DNA from: Polyangiales bacterium
GTDB lineage: Bacteria; Myxococcota_A; Polyangia; Polyangiales; JADJQN01
Reading direction: 5' to 3'
Assembly (NCBI GenBank): GCA_964202905.1
Contig: CAXNJO010000001.1
Location: 800,001 to 864,000 of the forward strand
Length of the DNA: 64,000 bases
Shown: in pieces, positions 51,673 to 59,946 of the stretch
How positions within the stretch are numbered: position 1 is the stretch's first letter
Layout of the letters: each line of letters opens with the position of its first letter
Made by a program: the position numbers and the translations under genes
Notes under the pieces: generated by a model
What the model was told of the DNA's origin: nothing
Seen by the model: the letters and a program-made list of their open reading frames with translations, nothing else
The model's database searches: none

Positions 51673-52649
51673 CTCGCACCTCCCGTCGGCTGCGATGGGC
51701 GCCGCGTGGCGGCGTCGAGCAGGCGCCGCGCTTCCGGGAGTCGCGGCACGAGCGCGAGCGCGGCCTCGAGATCCGCGACGCCGCGCGCGTCCTCGCCGAG
51801 GCCGAGCAGGGCCTCGCCGCGTTCGGCGAGCGCGAAGGCCGAGGTGCGCCGCGCGAGCCGCGCGTCCGCGTCGTCGCGTGCGGCGAGGCGGGCGGCGCGC
51901 GCGTCGGCGGGGCGCTGCGCGGCGTCGAACACGCGGGCGCGGGCGAGCAGGTGCTGCGCGGTGACGGGCCCGGCGCCGCGCGCGGCCTCGAGCTGCGCGA
52001 GCGCATCCCCGAAGCGGCCGAGCACGACGGCGACCCACGCGAGCTCGGTGTGCAGCACGGCGCTCCCGGTCGCGGCGGCGCCCTCCGCGAGCGCGTCGGC
52101 GGCCTCCGCAAGGCGGCCTGCGCGCTCGAGGAGCTGCGCGCGCTCGAGGTGCGCGTCCACGTCGTCGCCGAGCGCGACGGCCGCCGCGAGGTCGCGGAGC
52201 GCACCTTCCGTGTCGCCCGTCTGCCGCAACACCTGCGCGCGCAGACGCAGCGCGTCGTGGTGCGGACCGACCTGCGCGAGCAGCGCGTCGAGCAGCGCGC
52301 GCGCCTCCGGCCAGCGCTCGGCGTCGGCGGCGACCTGCGCGCGGAGCAGGGTGATGCGCGGCTCCGCGGGGCGCAGCGCCTCGGCGATGCGCAGATCGGC
52401 GAGCGCCTCGCGCGGGCGCGACGCGAGCCGCAGCGTCTCGGCGCGGCGCAGCCGCAGCTCGAGGTCCGCGGGCGCGGCGGACACCTCGCGATCGAGCGCG
52501 CGCAGGCCTACGGAGCGGGGCGGATCGGCGGAGGCCGACCCGGACGCGGTGAGGGTGAGCGCGCAGAGCAGCGCGGCGACCGGGAGCCGCGTGCGGCGAC
52601 GGGGGGGACGCGGAGGGGGCGACACGCCGCGAAGGTACACGAGCCCCAC
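51669..52649 (-). CDS. Secreted tetratricopeptide-repeat protein
   Basis: Signal peptide; repeated RA..L...G...A..D units; ATGA overlap with the phosphatase gene. Confidence 0.8.
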   Translation of the reverse strand: MGLVYLRGVSPPPRPPRRRTRLPVAALLCALTLTASGSASADPPRSVGLRALDREVSAAPADLELRLRRAETLRLASRPREALADLRIAEALRPAEPRITLLRAQVAADAERWPEARALLDALLAQVGPHHDALRLRAQVLRQTGDTEGALRDLAAAVALGDDVDAHLERAQLLERAGRLAEAADALAEGAAATGSAVLHTELAWVAVVLGRFGDALAQLEAARGAGPVTAQHLLARARVFDAAQRPADARAARLAARDDADARLARRTSAFALAERGEALLGLGEDARGVADLEAALALVPRLPEARRLLDAATRRPSQPTGGAR

Positions 52650-52652
52650 GTC

Positions 52653-52708
52653 CGTGAACCCGATTCAATTTCGTGAACGTGGTTCACGTTCGTGAACGTG
52701 GTTCACGT
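52653..52708. repeat. Tandem palindromic 19-bp repeat (2 exact copies + 1 degenerate)
   Basis: TCGTGAACGTGGTTCACGT at 52671-52689 and 52690-52708; CGTGAACCCGATTCA at 52653. Confidence 0.8.
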
Positions 52709-52724
52709 GTGCGCCACGAGGGCG

Positions 52725-54551
52725 TCAGGTGCTCGGATTGGGTGCCGGGGCGACGCTCGCCGCGAGCGCCGCGCGCAGGTCGTCCTCGGTGAAGGGCTTC
52801 GAGAGGAAGGCGTCCATCCCCGCCTCGAGGCAGCGCGTCCGGTCGACGTCGCGCGCGTTCGCCGTCACCGCCACGACGAAGGGCTGCGCGTCGCCGCGGG
52901 CCGCGCACTCGGCGCGGATGTGCCGCGTGGCGGTGGGTCCGTCCATGCGCGGCATCTGCATGTCCATGAACACGAGGTCGAACGTGCGCGTGCGCAGCTG
53001 CGCGACCGCCTCGACGCCGTCGAGTGCCTCGTCGACGACGAGCCCGTGCCGCTCGAGGAGCGCGCGCAGGAGCATCGCGTTGATGGAGTTGTCGTCCACC
53101 ACCAGCGCGCTGCGGCCCGCGACATCGGGCGGCGCGCTCGGACGCTGCGGGGTGAGCGTGTCCCGCGGCACGGTCGGTGGCGCCGTCGCTTCGGTCGCGC
53201 GCTCGACCTCGAGCGGCACGACGACCGCGACGCAGGTGCCTTCCCCGAGGCGGCTCTCGAGCCCGATCGTGCCGCCCATCGCGCCGACGATGCGCTTGCA
53301 GATCGAGAGCCCGAGCCCGGTGCCCCCGTAGGTGCGCCGGATGGACGCATCCGCCTGGACGAAGGGCTCGAAGAGCTTCGCAGCGGCCTCGGGCGCGACG
53401 CCGATCCCCGTGTCCGTGACGGTCATGCGGAGCGCGGTGCGCCCCTCGCCCCCACGCACCGAGACCGCGAGCGCGACGCGCCCGGACTCCGTGAACTTCA
53501 CGCCGTTCGCGAGGAGATTCACGAGCACCTGCTGCAGCCGCGTGGCGTCGACGCGCGCGCGCTCGGGGACGTCGGGCGCGATGGCGAGCGTCAGCGCGAG
53601 GCCCTTCGCGGCGGCGCGGTCGGCGAGGATCTGCACCGCGGCCTCGACGATCGGGCGGAGCACGTGCGGCGCGGGCGTGAGGCGCAGGCCCTCGTGCGTC
53701 ATCTGTGCGAGGTCGAGCACGTCCTCGATGACCGCGCCGAGCAGCTGGCCCGAGGCGCGCAGCGTGTCGAGGTGGCGGCGCTGCGCCGGGTCGAGCCGTG
53801 AATCGGCGAGCAGCGTCGCGGCGCCGAGCACCCCGTGGAGCGGCGTGCGCAGCTCGTGGCTCACGACGGCGAGGAAGGTCTCCTTCGCGGCGAGCGCGTC
53901 CTGCGCGGTCGTGAGCGCGCGGGAGAGCGCCTCGGTGCGCGCGGCGACCTCGGCCTCGAGCGCCGCAGCCTGCCGCGCGAGCGCATGGTTCGCGTCTTCG
54001 AGCGCGCGGGTGCGCGCGGAGGCGCGCGCGTACGAGCGGAGGGCCGCGATGACGACGGTGTAGAGCTTCTGCGCGGTCAGCTCGGCCTTCGGCTCGTAGC
54101 CGTCGATTGCGTAGCGCAGGACGATCTCGCGCGGAGGCGCGAGGCCCGGCTGCCCCGTGCGCAGGACGACGCGCGTGTCGTGGTTGCCGAGGTGGTCGCG
54201 CAGCGCCTGCGCGACGAGGAGCCCGGCGTCGTCGGTGTCCATCACGACGTCGAGCAGGACGAGCGCGGTGTCGGGCTGCGCCTCGAGCGCGGCGAGGGCC
54301 TCGCGCCGCGAATACGCGGAGCGCAACGCGAGCGCGCGCCCCTCGAAGCGTGCGCCCTCGAGCACCATGCGCGTCACGGCGTGCAGGCCCTCGTCGTCGT
54401 CGACGACGAGCACCTTCCAGGGCGCGGGTTCGGGCGACGCCGTGTACGGGCCCCCATCGCCGCGCGTGTCGCCGACGACCGCGTCGTCATCGCCGAACAC
54501 GAGCGCGTCGTCGTCGGAGACGTTCTCGGCGGTCGGGGGGGAGGACGCCAT
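52725..54551 (-). CDS. Hybrid histidine kinase REC-HisKA-HATPase-REC
   Basis: VLVVDDD..LLDVVM; SHELRTPL, NGVKFT, DTGIG, GGTGLGL; VVDDN..MDMQMP. Confidence 0.93.
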   Translation of the reverse strand: MASSPPTAENVSDDDALVFGDDDAVVGDTRGDGGPYTASPEPAPWKVLVVDDDEGLHAVTRMVLEGARFEGRALALRSAYSRREALAALEAQPDTALVLLDVVMDTDDAGLLVAQALRDHLGNHDTRVVLRTGQPGLAPPREIVLRYAIDGYEPKAELTAQKLYTVVIAALRSYARASARTRALEDANHALARQAAALEAEVAARTEALSRALTTAQDALAAKETFLAVVSHELRTPLHGVLGAATLLADSRLDPAQRRHLDTLRASGQLLGAVIEDVLDLAQMTHEGLRLTPAPHVLRPIVEAAVQILADRAAAKGLALTLAIAPDVPERARVDATRLQQVLVNLLANGVKFTESGRVALAVSVRGGEGRTALRMTVTDTGIGVAPEAAAKLFEPFVQADASIRRTYGGTGLGLSICKRIVGAMGGTIGLESRLGEGTCVAVVVPLEVERATEATAPPTVPRDTLTPQRPSAPPDVAGRSALVVDDNSINAMLLRALLERHGLVVDEALDGVEAVAQLRTRTFDLVFMDMQMPRMDGPTATRHIRAECAARGDAQPFVVAVTANARDVDRTRCLEAGMDAFLSKPFTEDDLRAALAASVAPAPNPST

Positions 54552-54748
54552 CGCCGCGCCAACCCTAACGCCTCCCTGCACGCGCGTCATGCCGCGCGAT
54601 CACGCCGCGCGCCCGGTCGGGGCAGGTGCATCGGCGCGGCGCACCGCACCGTGCGGCGCGGGTGCCCGCGTGCTTCTCTTGGCGCGCCCGCGTGCGGGGC
54701 GGCGAGCCGACGGCGTCCGCGCGGCGCAGACCGGGAGAGAGCGGGTCG

Positions 54749-56335
54749 ATGTCGCGAGCGTCCGAGCAGGCCCCCCCCGTGCGCAGGTCTGCCCTGCGCC
54801 GCGCGATCGCGCGCTTCACCGCGCTCGGTGCCCAGCCCGACGAGGCGGCGACGGCCAGCGTCGCGCGGCGCACGCTCCTGCTCGGCGGGCTGCTGATGAG
54901 CGTGGGCGGCCTGATCTGGGGCGCGATTGCGCTCTCCGCGGGTCGGGCCTTCGCCTCGTCCATCCCGCTCGGCTACGTCGCGCTCACCGCGCTGAACTAC
55001 GCGACCTTCGCGCGGACGCGGGACTTCCGCCGCGCCCGCTTCGTGCAGGTCTTCATCAGCCTCGCGCTGCCGTTCCTGTTTCAGTGGTCCCTCGGCGGGT
55101 TCGAGTCGAGCGGCGTCGTGATGCTCTGGGCGATGGTGTCGATCGTCGGCGCGCTCACCTTCTCCGAGGCGCGCGAGACCTCGCTCTGGCTCGCGGTCTA
55201 CATCGCGCTCACCGTGATCAGCGGCGGGATCGACCCGTATCTCGCGGCCTGGATGGACTTCGCGCCGAGCGTGGCGGCGCGCGTCGGCTTCCTCGTCACC
55301 AACGTGGTGATGGTGAGCGGCATCGTCTTCGGCGTCGCGATCTATCTCAACGTGATTCGCGCGCGCGCGCTCCGCTCGCTCGAGCGCGCGAACGCCGACA
55401 ACGTCGCGTTGAACAACCGCCTCGCCGAGGAGGTCGTCGAGCGCGGCGCCCAGCTCGCGGAGTTGCGCGCGCTCCAGGCGCGGCTCGGTGAGCGCACCGA
55501 GGCGCTGTCGCGCTCGCTCGCGGAGCTGCGCGCGACGCAGGACGAGCTCGTGCAGCGCGAGAAGCTCGCGGCGCTCGGGCAGCTCGTCGCGGGCGTCGCG
55601 CACGAGGTCAACACGCCGCTCGGCGTCGCGTACACCGCGGTCACGCTGGCGCTCGAGCGGGTCGTCGCGCTCGAGGGGGCGCTGAGTGGCGCGGCGCCGT
55701 CGCGTCGGCAGCTGCTCGAGCTCGTCGGCGGGGGGCGCGAGGCGCTGCAGGTCGCGGCCACCAACGCGGAGCGCGCGGCGAGCCTCATCGCGAACTTCAA
55801 GCGCGTGGCCGTCGATCAGGCGAGCGAGGCCGAGCGCGAGGTGGAGCTTCGGGCCTACCTCGCGACCGTCGCCGCGAGCCTCTCGCCGCTGCTGCGTGGC
55901 GCGGACGCGGAGCTCCGCTGCGAGGGGCAGCCGATCACGGTGCTCACGCGCCCGGGCGCGATCGCGCAGGTCGTGACCAACCTGGTGCAGAACGCGCTGC
56001 TGCACGCCTTCGAGGACGACTCCTTCAGGGATGGGCGCGCCGCGCGTGTGATCACGCTGCGCTGCGGCCCGGATGGGGAGCACGCGTGCATCCAGGTCGT
56101 CGATCAGGGCGTGGGCATGCCGGAGGAGCTCGCGCGGCGTGTGTTCGAGCCGTTCGTGACGACGCGCCGCGGCTCGGGCGGGAGCGGGCTCGGCATGCAC
56201 ATCGTGCATCAGCAGGTCTACGAGGTGCTCGGGGGCTCGCTCGTCCTCGACACGGCGCCCGGGCGCGGGACGCGCGTCGCGATCCGGCTCCCGCTCGCGC
56301 CGCGTCAGAGCGCGCCGCCCGCAGCGGGCAATTGA
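54749..56335 (+). CDS. Membrane (about 6 TM) sensor histidine kinase
   Basis: TM domain, coiled coil, GVAHEVNTPLG, NALLH, DQGVG, GSGLG. Confidence 0.9.
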   Translation: MSRASEQAPPVRRSALRRAIARFTALGAQPDEAATASVARRTLLLGGLLMSVGGLIWGAIALSAGRAFASSIPLGYVALTALNYATFARTRDFRRARFVQVFISLALPFLFQWSLGGFESSGVVMLWAMVSIVGALTFSEARETSLWLAVYIALTVISGGIDPYLAAWMDFAPSVAARVGFLVTNVVMVSGIVFGVAIYLNVIRARALRSLERANADNVALNNRLAEEVVERGAQLAELRALQARLGERTEALSRSLAELRATQDELVQREKLAALGQLVAGVAHEVNTPLGVAYTAVTLALERVVALEGALSGAAPSRRQLLELVGGGREALQVAATNAERAASLIANFKRVAVDQASEAEREVELRAYLATVAASLSPLLRGADAELRCEGQPITVLTRPGAIAQVVTNLVQNALLHAFEDDSFRDGRAARVITLRCGPDGEHACIQVVDQGVGMPEELARRVFEPFVTTRRGSGGSGLGMHIVHQQVYEVLGGSLVLDTAPGRGTRVAIRLPLAPRQSAPPAAGN

Positions 56336-56396
56336 ACTCCCCGTTGCGCGCGCGGCCGGGTTAGCCTCGGCACCGACGAGCGAGGAGCACGACGCC

Positions 56397-57494
56397 GTGA
56401 CGACGATTCAAGCGCTGCCGACCGTCCTAGTCGTCGACGACACGCCCGAAAACCTCCAGATCATGAGCGCCCTGCTCAAGGGCCGCTACCGCGTGAAGGT
56501 CGCGAGCAGTGGGGAGAAGGCGCTGCGGCTGCTCGAGGAGGGTGCCTCACCGGACCTCGTCCTGCTCGACATCGTGATGCCGGGCCTCGACGGCTACGAG
56601 GTCTGCCGCCGCATGAAGGCGGATGTGCGGCTGCGCGCGCTGCCCGTCATCTTCGTCACCGCACGCGCCGAGGTCGAGGACGAGACGGCGGGGCTCGCGC
56701 TCGGCGCCGTCGACTACATCACCAAGCCGATCAGCCCCGCGATCACCCTCGCGCGCATCCAGACGCACATCGCGCTCAAGCTCGCCGCCGACGCCGAGCG
56801 CGAGCGCGCCGACGTGCTCGAGCGGGAGGTGCGGGTCCGCACCGAGGAGCTCTCGGCCCTGCAGGATGCGACGATCCTCGCGATGAGCTCGCTCGCCGAG
56901 GCGCGCGACAACGAGACGGGCAACCACATCCGGCGCACGCAGAACTACGTCCGCGCGCTCGCACTGCAGCTGCGCGACAACCCGCGTTTCTCCTCGTACC
57001 TCACGCCTTCGCAGATCGAGGCGCTCTACAAGTCGGCGCCCCTGCACGACATCGGCAAGGTGGGGATCCCGGACGCCATCCTGCTCAAGCCCGGTCGGCT
57101 CACCGCCGAGGAGTTCGAGGTGATGAAGACGCACACCACCCTCGGGCACGGCGCGCTCAAGGCCGCTGCCGACCGCCTCTCGGGGGACGCGAGCTTCCTC
57201 GAGTGTGCGGGTGAGATCGCGCTCTCCCACCAGGAAAAGTGGGACGGAAGCGGCTATCCGCAGGCGCTCCGCGGCGACGAGATCCCCGTCTCGGCGCGGC
57301 TCATGGCCGTCGCCGACGTGTACGACGCGCTCATCAGCCGCCGCGTCTACAAGGACCCGATGACGCACGCGCAGGCTTCGCAGATCCTCGCGGAGGGACG
57401 CGGCAAGCACTTCGACCCCGACGTGGTGGACGCGTTCCAATCCATCGCGGACGACTTCGCGGCGATCGCCCGCCGCTACGCGGATCACGAGTGA
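56397..57494 (+). CDS. REC-HD-GYP response regulator (RpfG-like c-di-GMP phosphodiesterase)
   Basis: REC; ETGNH, LHDIGK, HQEKWDGSGYP, ADVYDAL, HFDP. Confidence 0.94.
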   Translation: MTTIQALPTVLVVDDTPENLQIMSALLKGRYRVKVASSGEKALRLLEEGASPDLVLLDIVMPGLDGYEVCRRMKADVRLRALPVIFVTARAEVEDETAGLALGAVDYITKPISPAITLARIQTHIALKLAADAERERADVLEREVRVRTEELSALQDATILAMSSLAEARDNETGNHIRRTQNYVRALALQLRDNPRFSSYLTPSQIEALYKSAPLHDIGKVGIPDAILLKPGRLTAEEFEVMKTHTTLGHGALKAAADRLSGDASFLECAGEIALSHQEKWDGSGYPQALRGDEIPVSARLMAVADVYDALISRRVYKDPMTHAQASQILAEGRGKHFDPDVVDAFQSIADDFAAIARRYADHE

Positions 57495-57517
57495 AGACGA
57501 CCGGAGAGGGAGAGACG

Positions 57518-58435
57518 ATGTCCACCAGCGCGGAGATGGAGCGCACGCTCGAGAAGTTCGATCTGAGCCGCGCCGACGTGGAGCGCGTGCGCGAGGTCGG
57601 GCGGCTGCTCGACGGCGCCTACGAGACGATCGTGCAGGAGTTCTACGTGTGGCTGAGCGGCCACCAGGAGTACCGCACCTTCTTCGGCGGCAACGCGCGC
57701 ACGCTCGAGCGCGTCAAGAACTCGCAGGTCGAGCACTGGCGCGCGTTCTTCGCGGCGGAGCTCGACGACGCCTATTTCGCCTCGCGCCGCCACATCGGCT
57801 CGGTGCACGCGCACATCGATCTGCCGAACGACATCTACTACGCGGGCATGAGCGTCTCGCTGGGCGCGATCCTGCGGCAGCTGCGCGCGGTCACGCCGCC
57901 ATCGCCCGAACGGGAGTTGCTCGAGGCCGCCGTCACGAAGCTCGTCTTCGTCGACACCTTCCTCGTCGCCGACGAGATCTCCCGCATCCAGAAGGACAAG
58001 CTGCTCATCAACAGCAAGTCGCTGATGGAGATGTCCACGCCGGTCACGCCGATCTGGGAGGGGATCTTGCTGCTGCCGCTCGTCGGGATCGTCGACTCGG
58101 CGCGCACGCAGGACATCATGCACAAGACGCTCGCGAAGATCGCCGAGACGCGCGCGCGCATGTTCGTGCTCGACATCAGCGGCGTCGGCGCCGTCGACAC
58201 CGCGGTCGCCAACCAGCTCATCAAGATCACGCGCGCGACGCAGCTCATGGGCTGCGAGTCGATCATCTCGGGGATCTCGCCGGCGATCGCGCGCACGCTC
58301 GTGGAGCTCGGCGTGCAGGTCGGCGACGTGAAGACCACGGCGACCCTGCGCGACGCGCTCGAGCACGCGCTGAAGGCGATGGGGGGGGTCGACCGGCAGC
58401 TGCAGGGCCCGGCGTCGCGCGCCGAGTCGCGCTAG
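57518..58435 (+). CDS. rsbR: Sensor-globin + STAS stressosome protein RsbR
   Basis: Globin-coupled-sensor motifs EFY and RRHIGSVHAHI; STAS MSTPVTPIWEGILLLPLVG, VDTAVA, ISGISP.IA.TLV. Confidence 0.9.
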   Translation: MSTSAEMERTLEKFDLSRADVERVREVGRLLDGAYETIVQEFYVWLSGHQEYRTFFGGNARTLERVKNSQVEHWRAFFAAELDDAYFASRRHIGSVHAHIDLPNDIYYAGMSVSLGAILRQLRAVTPPSPERELLEAAVTKLVFVDTFLVADEISRIQKDKLLINSKSLMEMSTPVTPIWEGILLLPLVGIVDSARTQDIMHKTLAKIAETRARMFVLDISGVGAVDTAVANQLIKITRATQLMGCESIISGISPAIARTLVELGVQVGDVKTTATLRDALEHALKAMGGVDRQLQGPASRAESR

Positions 58436-58465
58436 CGCGGGCTCCCCACGACGGAAACGCGCGCG

Positions 58466-58852
58466 ATGTCCTCGCTCCTCGAAGGCAACGTGACGACCAC
58501 GCTCGTGCGCGGGAGCGTCGTCGTGACGTTTCCGGCCGAGCTCGCCGGCGGCCTCGACCGCGCGCAACACGCGGCGCTCGAGCGCGTCCGCGGCGCGGGC
58601 GCCCGCGCCGTGGTGCTCGAGCTCTCGTCGGTCCGCTTCATGGATCGCGCCGAGTTCGACGGGTTGCGCGCGCTCGTGGGGATGTTGCGCCTCCTCGGCG
58701 CGCGGACGGTGCTGGTCGGGCTGCGCCCTGGCGTCGTCGCCTGGTTGGTCGGCAGCGACGTCGATCTCCGTGGGCTCGAGTTCGAGCGGGACCTCGAGGG
58801 CGCGCTCGAGCGGCTCGGCGCCGACGGCCCGGACGGCGAGGCGCCCCGGTGA
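58466..58852 (+). CDS. rsbS: STAS protein RsbS
   Basis: AVVLELSSV.FMD, M.RLLGA..VLVGLRPGV; position between rsbR and rsbT. Confidence 0.85.
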   Translation: MSSLLEGNVTTTLVRGSVVVTFPAELAGGLDRAQHAALERVRGAGARAVVLELSSVRFMDRAEFDGLRALVGMLRLLGARTVLVGLRPGVVAWLVGSDVDLRGLEFERDLEGALERLGADGPDGEAPR

Positions 58853-59946
58853 GCGAGGCGCACGACGACGTGGTGTCGTTCCGCGTGAGCGCCGCCGCCG
58901 ACGTCGCGGGGGCCGCTCTGCAGATGTCGAGCCACCCCGTCCTCCGCGGCGCTTCGCCGACCGACCGCGCGCTCGTCGCGACGATCGTCTCCGAACTCGG
59001 GTCGAACGTCGTCAAATACGGGCGCCGCGGCGAGTTGTGTATATCTCGCACCGAGGAGGACGGCTGTGTGGACATCGAGATCCTCGCGGAGGACGACGGG
59101 CCGGGGATCGCGGACGTCGAGCGCGCGATGCAGGATCACTTCAGCACCGGCGGCACGCTCGGGCTTGGGCTGCCTGGCGTGCGGCGCATGGCGGACGCGT
59201 TCTCGCTGCGCAGCGCGCCGGGCGAGGGGACCGTGGTGCGCGTGACCAAGCGGATCGTCGGGCGCGCCACGCGCGCCTCGGCCACCCATGCGTCGATCGC
59301 CGCGCCGCGTGATTCGGAGCGGCCGCGCGCGTCGGTGAACGCGCCGCCGCTCGGAGCGGGCAGTGAACGGTGCGATCTCGGCGCGCGGCTGCGGACGTGC
59401 GAAGGCCATGCGGTGTCGGGCGATCGGGCGCTCGCGCTGCGCTGCGAGGGCGGCCTGCTGCTCGGGATCGTCGATGCGTCGGGGCATGGTCCCCGCGCCC
59501 ACGCGCTCGCCGCGCAGCTGGAGTACCTCTTTTCGGAAGAGGGGAGCGCGGACCTTGAGCGGCTGATGACGCGTTTCAACGAGACGCTGCGCGGCACGGT
59601 CGGCGCCGCGGCGGGCCTGCTCTTCGTCGACGAGGACGCGGCCACCTTCCGCTACCTCGGGGTCGGAAACACCCGCGCAGCGCTCGTGGGCGCGACCTCG
59701 TGGCGCGGCATCTCGCGCGACGGCGTGCTCGGCAGCGGCGCCGTGCGCTACCTGCTGCAGTCGGGGGATCTCGCCGCGGGGGACTTGCTGATGCTCTGGA
59801 CGGATGGCCTGCCCGAGCTCGGCTGCACGGCGCTCGCGAAGGCCAACGCCTTCCGCCCCGCGCAGGAGATCGCGGGCACGCTCGTCGCGCAGCTCGCGCG
59901 CGCCTACGACGACGCCGCGTGTCTCGTGCTGCGGTGGCTCCCATGA
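58849..59946 (+). CDS. RsbT-type Ser/Thr kinase fused to an RsbX/SpoIIE-type phosphatase
   Basis: [51 protein letters not shown]. Confidence 0.88.
   Translation: MSEAHDDVVSFRVSAAADVAGAALQMSSHPVLRGASPTDRALVATIVSELGSNVVKYGRRGELCISRTEEDGCVDIEILAEDDGPGIADVERAMQDHFSTGGTLGLGLPGVRRMADAFSLRSAPGEGTVVRVTKRIVGRATRASATHASIAAPRDSERPRASVNAPPLGAGSERCDLGARLRTCEGHAVSGDRALALRCEGGLLLGIVDASGHGPRAHALAAQLEYLFSEEGSADLERLMTRFNETLRGTVGAAAGLLFVDEDAATFRYLGVGNTRAALVGATSWRGISRDGVLGSGAVRYLLQSGDLAAGDLLMLWTDGLPELGCTALAKANAFRPAQEIAGTLVAQLARAYDDAACLVLRWLP

Noticed and set aside
49339..52668. Apparent 1109-aa phosphatase ORF
   Set aside because: The first 332 aa are a shadow frame of the TPR gene; the real start with signal peptide is at 51672
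52653..52708. CRISPR array
   Set aside because: Repeats are 19 bp and directly adjacent, with no spacers and no cas genes
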